A stretch of 64,000 bases of DNA, taken from Macrostomum hystrix. Lineage: Eukaryota; Animalia; Platyhelminthes. A program made the position numbers and the translations under genes. Every line of letters begins with the position of its first letter. The first letter of the stretch is position 1. Below are positions 13,190 through 24,900 of the stretch, in pieces. The stretch is taken from NCBI GenBank assembly GCA_950097015.1, contig CATNEN010000039.1:20522001-20586000 (forward strand), read 5' to 3'. The notes under the pieces are model-generated. The model had not been told where the DNA came from. It worked only from the letters and a program-made list of their open reading frames with translations, and made no database searches.

Positions 13190-14515
13190 ATATTCTCCCC
13201 TCCGCTCTATATTCCTTCCCTCGTTTCTCCCCTTCATTCCTTCCCTATATTCTCCCCTCCATTCCTTCCCTATATTCTCCCCTCCATTCCTTCCCTATAT
13301 TCTCCCCTCCATTCCTTCCCTCTATTCTCCCCTCCATTACTTCCCTCTATTCTCCCCTTCATTCCTTCACTCTATTCTCCCCTCCATTCCTTCCCTCTAT
13401 TCTCCCCTTCATTCCTTCCCTCTATTCTCCCATCCATTCCTTCCCTCTATTCTCCCCTCCATTCCTTCCCACTATTCTCCCATCCATTCCTTCCCTCTAT
13501 TCTCCCATCCATTCCTTCCCTCTATTCTCCCATCCATTCCTTCCCTCTATTCTCCCCTCCATTCCTTCCCTCTATTCTCCCCTCCATTCCTTCCCTCTAT
13601 TCTCCCATCCATTCCTTCCCTCTATTCTCCCCTCCATTCCTTCCCTCTATTCTCCCCTCCATTCCTTCCCTCTATTCTCCCATCCATTCCTTCCCTCTAT
13701 TCTCCCATCCATTCCTTCCCTCTATTCTCCCATCCATTCCTTCCCTCTATTCTCCCCTCCATTCCTTCCCTCTATTCTCCCCTCCATTCCTTCCCTCTAT
13801 TCTCCCCTCCATTCCTTCCCTCTATTCTCCCCTCCATTCCTTCCCTCTATTCTCCCCTCCATTCCTTCCCTCTATTCTCCCATCCATTCCTTCCCTCTAT
13901 TCTCCCATCCATTCCTTCCCTCTATTCTCCCATCCATTCCTTCCCTCTATTCTCCCCTCCATTCCTTCCCTCTATTCTCCCCTCCATTCCTTCCCTCTAT
14001 TCTCCCCTCCATTCCTTCACTCTATTCTCCCATCCATTCCTTCCCTCTATTCTCCCCTCCATTCCTTCCCTCTATTCTCCCCTCCATTCCTTCCCACTAT
14101 TCTCCCATCCATTCCTTCCCTCTATTCTCCCCTCCATTCCTTCCCACTATTCTTCCATCCATTCCTTCCCTCTATTCTCCCCTCCATTCCTTCCCTCTAT
14201 TCTCCCCTCGATTCCTTCCTTCTATTCTCCCTCCATTCCTTCCCTCTATTCTCCCCTCCATGCCTTCCATCTATTCTCCCTCCATTCCTTCCATCTATTC
14301 TCTCTTCCATTCCTTCCCTCTATTCTCCCCTTCATTCCTTCCCTCTATTCTCTCCTCCATTCCTTCCCTCTATTCTCCCCTCGATTCCTTCCTTCTATTC
14401 TCCCCTCCATTCCTTCCCTCTATTCTCCCCTCCATGCCTTCCCTCTATTATCCCTCCATTCCTTCCCTCTATTCTCCCCTCCATCCCTTTCCTTAATTCT
14501 CCCCTCTATTCTCCC
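13190..14515. repeat. Polypyrimidine minisatellite, 25-bp unit TATTCTCCCCTCCATTCCTTCCCTC (~50 copies)
   Basis: Visible period 25; almost no G on the + strand. Confidence 0.96.
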
Positions 14516-14677
14516 CTTCGTTGTAATTTTTTCGAGTCTAATATATGATTTTAATTCTCTTATTTTCCAGTAATTGGTTGCCTGCCAAAAAAAGCAAGCT
14601 TCACCAGACACCAGTCAATATAGAACAGCTCATTAAAAGCGTATTTTTATTACTGAAAGTAGTTTCCGCCGGGGGCA

Positions 14678-17600
14678 ATGCGTAAAAAGCAATCATCAAC
14701 TAGACGAATGGCCGGCAGCGATGGCGACGACCCGGACGTTGAGTCCGCCGGTGCGGCAGCCGATGATGATTCTCAGCAGGCCGAGCCAACTAATAGTGGA
14801 GAGAATGGATCCGAAGAGCCTTCAGAACAGCCTGAGCAGCAGCAGCAGCCGCCGCCGGCGCAGACTGAAGAAGCGAATTCGTCTGCCATCAGCACTAGAA
14901 CTCGCGGCAGCAGCGGCGGTGCGGGCATGCACACATCGCCAGTGTCGGCTCCTGGCATCTACGACACTGTGAAGTGCACCGCCTGCGGTAAGCGAGTCAA
15001 TCCTTACAATGGCACAATGCAACTGCATCCAATGCTCTGCGTCTTAGTCTGCCAGCGCTGCTATCGTTTCTATCGAACCGGCCAATTCGACATCGACCAC
15101 GACGGCAAAGAGAATCAGTGCCGCTGGTGTGGCGAAGGCGGCTCCCTAGTCTGCTGCGATCGCTGCCAGCATTCCTTCTGCAAGTCCTGCATTCGGCGCA
15201 ATCTGGGCCGGACGGCGCTGCAGTCGGTGGAAGAGCTTCCAGATGAAGCCGTCTGGAGTTGCTACATGTGCGACTCCGCGCCTCTAAAGGACCTCCAGGT
15301 GCGCTGAAATCACAGCTGATTTACTGCAGTCTGTAGTGTGTACTCAGTTTGTCCAGACTAAACCCATGTACATCCATATTACTGGGCTTTAAAAATGCAC
15401 ATCCGTTGTCTGGGGTTGCCCAATGTACATCATTTTCTCCAGGCTTTCCCTATGTACATCTGTTTTACTAGGCTTAACAAATGTACATCCGTTTTTGGGG
15501 CTGTACATCCTTCTTCTTAGCTAACCCAATGTACATCCTTTCTCTTAGCTAACCCAATGTACATCCTTTCTCTTAGCTAACCCAATGTACATCCTTTCTC
15601 TTAGCTAACCCAATGTACATCCTTTCTCTTAGCTAACCCAATGTACATCCTTTCTCTTAGCTAACCCAATGTACATCCTTTCTCTTAGCTAACCCAATGT
15701 GCATCCTTTCTCTTAGCTAACCCAATGTGCATCCTTTCTCTTAGCTAACCCAATGGACATCCTTTCTCTTATCTAACCAAATATCAGTGTATCTAGAGGC
15801 TAAACAAAGTTCTCCAGAGCACTACCTTTAGGCTATATTAATGTACATCTGGCTCCATAACTCTTTTTTATGTGCCCATATTGTGTACACCTTTTCTTCG
15901 TCCCGTTCGTTTCGTTCCAATTTTCGCCAGCCACCTTCACCATCAGCGCCTCCATTCTCCACCGTGCAGGCCGAGGCTCAAGTTGTGATGCAGGCTGTTC
16001 GCGACAAAAACATCAACGATGCCGCTCGCAGTCGCAAATCTAAGCCTGGCCAGGCGCAGCAGCAGCAGCAGAGGCTGCATCAGCAGAGGCTGCAACAGCA
16101 GAGGCTGCAACAGCAGGCTCAGCAGCTTCAACGCGCATCTGCGGCGGGGCCTAGTTCCGGCGGTTTCATGGGCGGCCTGAAGCTCGATCTGAGCTCTGTG
16201 CCTAAACTACCCGCAACTTCCGCCGCCACAGCAGCCGCCGCCGCTGCCTCCGCCGTAGCGATGGCCGGGGGCGCCAGTCGGCAGCAGCAGCAGCGGCAGC
16301 TACTTTTGCAGCAACAGCAGCGGCAGCGTCAGCTCCTGTTACAACAGCAGCGCATTGCTTCGGCGGCTACTGCGATGCCAGGTTTTGCCAACGTACCGGC
16401 GGCCGCCCAGCTGGCCATGCGAATGCAGCAGCAGCAGCAGCTGCAGCAGAGGCAGCGAGCTGTGGCAATGGCGGCCGCAGGCAATAGCGCAGTAATGACT
16501 GAGCAGTGGTACAAGAAGAATGTGCGCATCGAAGCTATTCTGGCTGACATTGAGTCCGTCAATGCCTACAATATCGGACCTGCGCTCAGTGCCACCGTCA
16601 CACTCCTGCAGGGCATGATGCGACAGTACAGCCGGCTTATGCAGGACCTGACTGCCGCTCGGTTAGTATTAACATCCTTCTTACCTACTATTCCATGAGG
16701 TTGGTGGCAGAGCGATTACTGCATTTGCCTCTCGCATTCTGGTCCCTGAGCTCAATTCCGCGGCGAGGCCACATTGATTCGGGGCGCAGCCGCTGAGAGA
16801 AGGCTTGGCAGCTTGTCGTGCAATTTACGCCCTTGAGAGCCAACCTCCAAGGCACCGTGAAAGTAGGAGTCGGCGAAATGGGCCGAATTGCCTCCTCGCT
16901 GGCTGCAGGTCCAGTGTCACCGAATGATGTGCCAATGACCATTGACTTAAAAAATTGTTCCTTCTCCCATTCTGCCCCATTCTCCCATTTCCTCATCCTC
17001 AAGTTTTTTTTGTCCCAAACCTGCAGTTGACTTCGCTTCGGCTGGTTAGAAAAATATATTAGAATAAAGTTAATGAAATCTCATAACCCATGACACCTAT
17101 TGCAGGACTAACCTAGACCGCAATCAAGTGGTGTCCCGCTTCAAGAGCGCCTACAGAATGCACCTGTTCCTGCGTCTGGGCAAACTGCGCAGCATCATCG
17201 CTGAACAAGATCGACACTCGACTGCGCGTAAGACCGTCGGCAGTGTCGGCAATTTGGTGACTAATCCGGTCATTAGTGCGGCCTCAGCTGCGGCAGTGGC
17301 CTCGGCTAAGAGTCTGTCAGCTCAGCTGCCAATTCAAGCTGCAGCTGCAGCCGCTGCGGCCAACTCAACTGGCGGCAAGACGGTGATGGACGCCCAGGGC
17401 CAGGCTATACCCATAGCTGAGCTGCTGCCCGAATTAAATCGCAACATTCGAGAAATGATCGAGCGCCAGAATCAAGCCAGGCGCGAGGCAGAAGCCGCCG
17501 CAGCCGCTGCCGCATCCGGTGTGACAATTGTACACGGCAGCGATGTAGACGTTATCGACGATGTCGGCGGCGCCGGCGATGTTGTCGTACTTAGCGACGA

Positions 17601-18327
17601 GGAGGCTTCGTCATCGGCCGCCGGGGCTGACGGCATCGCTGAGCTCCTGGCTAGGCGGCGTCAGCGCGAGGCTGAAAATTCCGCAATGTCCGCCGCCTCA
17701 AAGCCAGCGTCGTCTAGGAAGAAGAGCCAGCCAAGGAAGATCACTCTGCCGGCTACAAATCGACGCTTCGCTCTGGACGGTGAAGATGACAACGGAGTTG
17801 GCAGCGACGCAGACTTTGAGTGCGGCAGCGGCGCCGAAGAGCAGGCCATGGCGGCCGCTGCGGCATTCAGCGAGAATGGCGACGATAATAACGGCAACGG
17901 CGATCAGGCCGCGATGACTGATGAAGCCGCTGAAGTTGACAATGTCCAAGATGCCGGCCCAGATGATGCCAACAACGACATTACCGACAGCGTCGAAGAT
18001 GACGACGCTGGTGAACCAACAGACGAAGCGGCCGCTGGCAATGATATCAACGACGCCGACGATATGCCGTTTGATAGCGCCGACGCTGCCTCAGCGGGAG
18101 TTGCCGCGGCGGTGGCGGCCGCCGTCGGTGGCCAGTTTGAACCGTTGTGGTCAACGCCTGGCGAGGATGAAGCCGCGGGAGGCGGCGGCGGCGTCTCGCA
18201 GGGCAAGAGAAGCCATCGCGACGACGACGGTCAAGACGAGGACGATGCCGAGGAGCCGTCGCAGAAGCGATCTAGGCCGGGCTCGCCTGGCAGTCTGGAG
18301 ACGCCGCCGTCGTCTGTGACGGCCTGA
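14678..18327 (+). CDS. ATRX-type ADD-domain protein without SNF2 helicase (dADD1-like), 3 exons, ~844 aa
   Basis: Exons 14678-15298, 15970-16661, 17106-18327, in phase. GATA-like finger CTACGK..HPMLCVLVCQRC plus PHD finger QCRWCGEGGSLVCCDRCQHSFCKSCIRRNLG..WSCYMC matches the ATRX ADD pattern. The rest is Q/A-rich and acidic low complexity and ends at TGA 18325-18327. Confidence 0.85.
15500..15780. repeat. Tandem minisatellite, 28-bp unit TAGCTAACCCAATGTACATCCTTTCTCT (~10 copies) in ADD-gene intron 1
   Basis: Visible period 28; degenerate TGTACATC copies upstream from ~15360. Confidence 0.95.
16697..16950 (+). mobile_element. tRNA-derived SINE, family 1, copy A (ADD-gene intron 2)
   Basis: tRNA-like head with A-box (TGGCAGAGCG) and degenerate B-box (GAGCTCAATTCC); body homologous to 39400-39605 and 51232-51530. 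Confidence 0.75.
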
Positions 18328-19454
18328 TAGTCCAGACGGCGCTGTTTCCGGTGTACAGTTACTGTTTAACCTGCTTCTCGATAGTAATTTATTGGCTTTG
18401 TGCTTTGTTTAACAGTAGAAACAACAACACGCTATTTTTCACCCTGGGGAATGACCATTGTGGGGTATTTCTAGTGCCCACTGCCAACTTTACGATAGCT
18501 CACAAATCGTTGAATATCTCGACGATATAGAGCGGAAAATTTTAGGCTCTACTGGTCTACTGGCTACTGTCCAATATTAAATTAAACTATCGCTGCTCTA
18601 GTCTAGTAGTTATCCTAGCTAAATTTTTATTCAGTTTTTTGTGTGTTTTTTTACGAAGCAAAGCTGCAAAAATTGTCGCTTTTTCTACTGTTAAAAAACA
18701 TTTTATTTTACAATTTAGCAAAAAAAACATAAAAATTCTGCTAATATATGCTTTGCTCCTGCCTGCCTACTGTTAACCGTTGAAGAACCCCCCTTAAAGT
18801 AGCATCGTGAGATTGCGACTCGCTGTCTTATGCAATTTATTCGTATTTGTGTGTTATTTTTAACACTGTTGCTATTTTTTTATTGTTCTTGCGTTCGCTT
18901 TTTATGTTTTAATTTTATACTTGAATAATAATTACTATTATTGGTAAATACCTGTTTTTATGTTGCGAAAGTTTGATAAATTAAAGTATACGTTAAAAAA
19001 AGTTCAACACCTGCATGCTTCTTCGTCGTTACTTCTACTCGTACTAATTATTTTTATTATCGTGTTGCTGTTGTCTATAAGGTAAAAATTATTGTAAGTT
19101 TTTTATAGTATCTTATCTCCCCCAGCTTCTCGTTGTATTGATGCGTCATCATTGTCAATATTCTCTTAAATATCAATCGAAATGTTACAGCTGGTTAGGC
19201 TTAACTATTTGGTCTAGTTTTTTATTCGTGAATAAAGTTTATTCAGTTTCATTTTTCTGTTCACCAACAAACTGCCCGTGCAAACACAAGCGTGTTAAAT
19301 AATTATTTTGTCTAATGCGCGCAAATTGCATCTTGAAAAAAAACATATTAATAAATTCTGCGCGACTGTCGTATAAACAGTATAATTACGCCTTGCAAGA
19401 TGCTGTCTGTCAATTTCAAGTGACATCTGATGTCACCTGTCAATATCATCCTTC

Positions 19455-19665
19455 AATTGACATCTGCTGTCACCTGTTAAAACGGTCCATCGATTGACAT
19501 CTGCTGTCACCTGTCAAAACGGTCCATCGATTGACATCTGCTGTCACCTGTCAAAACGGTCCATCGATTGACATCTGCTGTCACCTGTCAAAGTGGTCCA
19601 TCGATTGATATCTGCTGTCACCTGTCAAAACGGTCCATCGATTGATATCTGCTGTCACCTGTCAA
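19455..19665. repeat. Tandem repeat, 37-bp unit TGACATCTGCTGTCACCTGTCAAAACGGTCCATCGAT (~5 copies)
   Basis: Visible period 37. Confidence 0.92.
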
Positions 19666-19732
19666 TATTGATCAATATGATCAATATGATGGCATCTGCT
19701 TTGACCTTTCAAGACGTTTATTCAATGGCCAT

Positions 19733-20322
19733 TGGCTGTCATGTCAGTATGCTACTTTGATTGCCAGCTGATGTCATCTGCTGTCATGTCAGTATGCTAC
19801 TTTGATTGCCAGCTGGTGTCATCTGCTGTCATGTCAATATGCTACTTTGATTGCCAGCTGGTGTCATCTGCTGTCATGTCAATATGCTACTTTGATTGCC
19901 AGCTGGTGTCATCTGCTGTCATGTCAATATGCTACTTTGATTGCCAGCTGATGTCATCTGCTGTCATGTCAATATGCTACTTTGATTGCCAGCTGGTGTC
20001 ATCTGCTGTCATGTCAATATGCTACTTTGATTGCCAGCTGGTGTCATCTGCTGTCATGTCAATATGCTACTTTGATTGCCAGCTGGTGTCATCTGTTGTC
20101 ATGTCAATATGCTACTTTGATTGCCAGCTGGTGTCATCTGCTGTCATGTCAATATGCTACTTTGATTGCCAGCTGGTGTCATCTGCTGTCATGTCAATAT
20201 GCTACTTTGATTGCCAGCTGGTGTCATCTGTTGTCATGTCAATATGCTACTTTGATTGCCAGCTGGTGTCAATTGCTGTCATCTCAATATGCTACTTTGA
20301 TTGCCAGCTGGTGTCACCTGTC
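19733..20322. repeat. Tandem minisatellite, 45-bp unit GTCATCTGCTGTCATGTCAATATGCTACTTTGATTGCCAGCTGGT (13 copies)
   Basis: Visible period 45; shares the CATCTGCTGTCA..TGTCAA core with the 37-bp array. Confidence 0.95.
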
Positions 20323-21928
20323 GACTGTTACAATTGTAGGCAAAAACAAAAACACGATAGGAATAGTCAGCAATGCAACTTTGTATCGCTAATTGTATTA
20401 GAATAGTTCTGATAATGTTTATGCTGGTTTTATTTTTTCTCTATTGTTAGGCTACTTTAGGCGGGAACCAATGACAAACATGTGACAAGAAAGCAGCGAA
20501 TAAAGAGGCGGTTCTATTGTTAAACAGTCTTATTTCAACGTCGCAAAAATAGACTAATACTAATTAATAATAGCTAGGCAAGCAGATTCTTGGTACAAAA
20601 CTTGATCTACTTTCAATGTGCCTATTGTAGTTATAAAAGAAGCGATGAAACCAAAAAGAACAAGACAGAAAGCAATTTATTGCTAGGCTCGTACTTAAAA
20701 AAGGCAAAAGGCACGCCATCAAATGTTTTTGATGCTATCAACTGACATCAAGGCTTATTAGCAACTATCTGTGCTTTTGAGAGACTAAATAAGCCTATGG
20801 TTACAAGCAATATCAAGTCTCTCCTTCATCTATAGTGTCTAACGTCACTTGTCCAAGGTCTTTGTGTTGATCCCAGCTCTTTGTAAAATAGCCGCCTGCG
20901 ACGGGTTTGTCGCGTCAAGACCAGCAGCCGCAGCATTGTTGCTGCACATGCTTTTATTAAATTTTCTTGAAAAAAGCAGAAGCTGTTATTGATTGTTTTC
21001 GATCAGCCATTGTGCGCGGACAGAATAGCGGCGAAAGTAAAAAAGAAAAGTTTTTTTAAATCAAGTGGAAGCCACAGAAAGGAGGGACAAAGAGTGGCTG
21101 CACAAAGACCCACAAGCTTTGAGACAACGGGCTTCGCTAAAAGGTCAGGTTAGTCTCTAGCCTCTAAAAATAGAGTATAGACTAAATGTAGTTCAGTCCA
21201 TTATTCGATTTTCGCAGCTAATTTTTTGTTTTAAACTTGTTATTAAACACGAAAATCATGTGCATACTATGTGTATACTACTGATTAGTATAGTACAGCG
21301 CGCATGCTAATCGATTTTTGCGCCCAACTTTTGTAAGTAGAATGGATCTAATACTTAACAACAGTGAATTTCGATGATTAATTATAGCTAACTCTAAAGT
21401 AAAACTGACAAAGCTGCTTTGCTGAGAGGCGTGATCCGAGGGAGTTGGACATGAAAAAATTTAGATAAAGTTTATTGTGAAGTGGAGAGCCATTGCGTTT
21501 GGTGCAGGCCAACTGAAGCAAATAAAATGATGCCAAGCAGACGAGCTTTTTAAAATGTCAGTTTACTAACTACGAATATATACGAGAGAGTTTAGGAGCT
21601 TAGCGAGACTTCATAGGCAACCAAATCAAGACGGGTGGTGCTCAAACTATAGTTGGGTTAATAATCTTGGCTTGCTTCTGAAACGCGTTGACTACCGTTC
21701 AGCTGGCTAGTGGTTAAATAGCAATCCATGACGTCACTATATCGGCCCTTCCCTCATTGGCTAGCAGCCACGCACTTTCTCTCTAACCTGGTCGCGGTCT
21801 CTCATTGGCCAGCAGCCCCACGCTTTCCATCTACCCTGAACGCCGTCTCTCATTGGCTAGTTAGCCTAGCCGACTTCGCTATTTCCTTCTCTCTCTCTCT
21901 CTCTTGAGAATTTTCCGGCCCCGAGAAA

Positions 21929-24900
21929 TCACATGATGCTGGTGGCTCGCGCTCCGGCGCGCCGACTAGATGTCACCTCGCGGGCCACACTGATCGAGCG
22001 GATGACGGTGCTGCTGCCGCGCCTAGTGGACATTGTGCGCTCAGCCAAATCAGCCCGGTGCTCCGCCTCCTCGATCTGCTGCTGCGCCTTGCGGTACTTG
22101 GTCATGGCGATGGCCGAGATCTCCTCCTGTTTGACAATTTTTTTTGTTTAAAATTTCCGGAATTTAGTTGGCGAAATTCCCCCAGGAGGAGACAATAACT
22201 TCACAGGGGGGCCAATTTTCCCAATCTGAGTGGACAAGTTCGATATTATTGTATTCCTGGTAGTGTGTACTTTAGATCATCTAGACCAGGGGTCGGCAAA
22301 CTCCGGCCCGCGGGCCAGATGCGGCCCTCGAAGCTCCCGAATCCGGCCCGTTGCCCCTTCTGACATCTGCAGTGTCCTGTTTCATCTATCTCGAGTCTAA
22401 TCTCTCCCGTGTCTAATCTCTCCCGTGTCTAATCTCTCCCGTGTCTAATCTCTCCCGTGTCTAATCTCTCCCGTGTCTAATCTCTCCCGTGTCTAATCTC
22501 TCCCGTGTCTAATCTCTCCCGTGTCTAATCTCTCCCGTGTCTAATCTCTCCCGTGTCTAATCTCTCCCGTGTCTAATCTCTCCCGTGTCTAATCTCTCCC
22601 GTGTCTAATCTCTCCCGTGTCTAATCTCTCCCGTGTCTAATCTCTCCCGTGTCTAATCTCTCCCGTGTCTAATCTCTCCCGTGTCTAATCTCTCCCGTGT
22701 CTAATCTCTCCCGTGTCTAATCTCTCCCGTGTCTAATCTCTCCCGTGTCTAATCTCTCCCGTGTCTAATCTCTCCCGTGTCTAATCTCTCCCGTGTCTAA
22801 TCTCTCCCGTGTCTAATCTCTCCCGTGTCTAATCTCTCCCGTGTCTAATCTCTCCCGTGTCTAATCTCTCCCGTGTCTAATCTCTCCCGTGTCTAATCTC
22901 TCCCGTGTCTAATCTCTCCCGTGTCTAATCTCTCCCGTGTCTAATCTCTCCCGTGTCTAATCTCTCCCGTGTCTAATCTCTCCCGTGTCTAATCTCTCCC
23001 CAGTCTTATCACTCCCGTGTCTCATCTCTCTCGTGTCCCATCTTTCCTGTGTCTCATCTCTCCCGTGTCTAATCTCTCCCGTGTCTCATCTCTCCCCTAT
23101 CTCATATTTATACAGTCAATGCGGCCCGCTGTCGTCTTTTAGGTTCTCTCTTTGGCCCGCCAGCAAATAAGATTGCCTACCCCTGATCTAGACAGTAATG
23201 TTATGCAATGTTTACGTCCTAAGATAAGTGCCACATATTTATGAAAAATAACAGCATAGTGCCAAACTAGCTGCACCAGATGTCACACATTCCACATTGT
23301 CAGTGACTGAGAAAATTTCACTTTGATCCTCTCTGTGATTTTATATGTGGCAACAACAAAAACAATAGCAGCAGCAGCAGCAGCAGCAGCAGGCCTGCAT
23401 CTGGATGGGCTTCCAAGTTCAGCAAGTCCAATTATGGTCATTCTCTTGCCCTCAACCGGTCTTCTGTACGCGTGCCGGGTTCCGTACCGAATCAATAATA
23501 AAATGTTGCCCTTCCTCTCCCCCCCGCTCTCTCTCTTCCCATGCCTTCCCTCGATTCCGCGTCCCTCGGTTTCGGTACGGTTTCGGCTGAATAACTGACA
23601 TTTTCGTCGAAACGGCGCACAGCATCCCGGAGCGCGGTGCGTACGCTCTATCGTGGGCGCACGAACGAAATTTGAAAAGGAATTGGCGGCCAAAAAAAGA
23701 ATAAGCCAAGAATTTCCTATTTTAGTAGCAATGGGATTAGAAGGAAAATGGGATCTGGGAAGACTGGGAGAAGTGAAAAGATCCGTTCGCTTTGGCCGAA
23801 GCTTTCTTTTGCCAATTCTTCATGAAGCTATACTGAAACAGATAAGCTAATGTTTCCTTTGTCTGCTGCTGCTACTGGGTGCTGAATCCATTCTCCTTGA
23901 CGATTTATAACCGTAATCTAGCGCGACAGCAGTCCGCTTATGTCCTCTATCTTGTCTTTATCTAGTTTATTGAAGTGGTTAAAATTGCGTTTTGCTAAGG
24001 GCAACAAATGTTCTTCGATTTGAATGATTTTTATGACGGCCATTAAAAAGAAAGACAGAAAAATGACTCGGAAAGTCATAAAAATGCGTTTTAGCAACTG
24101 TTATTGCAAGTTTTGACATTTATCTTCAGGTATCCTGAAATCATAAATTGATTAGGTAGATAGAAATGACACCTAGAAGAGTTGTAGCAATGAGCGGGGG
24201 CGCCACATTGCAAGCAATTGTCAAACCACTGCCTTTAAACTCCTCTCTACATATCTCGCTCTCTATGGGTTTATTAGCCAATCAAAATGAAACGAGAAAA
24301 TTAGCAAAAAAATCTCTGCTGTTTTCTCACCGATTCCTCAATCTGGCGCTTGTAGGCCTTCATTTTCAGCTGGGTCTTGTCCAGCAGGTCCTGCAGCTCC
24401 ATGTTCATCCGGCGCTCCTCCTCGGTCTGGGCCACGGCCTCCTTGGCCTGGCGCTCGAATTTTCTGGCCGCAGCCTGCGAGTCCTTGGCCTTGCGCTGCT
24501 CCTGATCTAGCTCGGCTTCGAGGTCGCGCACCCGCCCCTGCAGCTTCTGCACCATGCGGCGCCCCTCCCGAGTGGCGAAGGCCTCGGCCTCCTCCAGCTT
24601 GACAGTGATTTCGCGGATCTCAACCTTCGCGAGGGAGGGATTTGGATGTCTCTGAGTCATTGCTAAAAATAGAATCTTGCGTCACTTTCTATGTACATTC
24701 AAGTTTCTAAAAATAGAATCTTGCGTCACTTTCGAAGTGCGTTTAAGTTGTTAAAATAGGCAAAAGGCAAAAAATTTCTTTTAAAAAAATATATCCGCTT
24801 CTTACCTCGAGCTGCTTGCGGAGGCTCTCGGCATTCTTGTAGTTCTCCTGCTCCAGACGGAGCTCGTCGGCCAGGCGCTGGGCCTCGCCGGCCAGCCTGT

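Noticed and set aside
13135-14573. 453/468-aa ORFs
   Set aside because: A G-free polypyrimidine repeat rarely forms stop codons; these are artefacts.
14960-15298. DNMT3 ADD domain
   Set aside because: No PWWP or methyltransferase domain; the motif spacing (CRWCGEGG, FCKSCIRRNLG) is ATRX-like.
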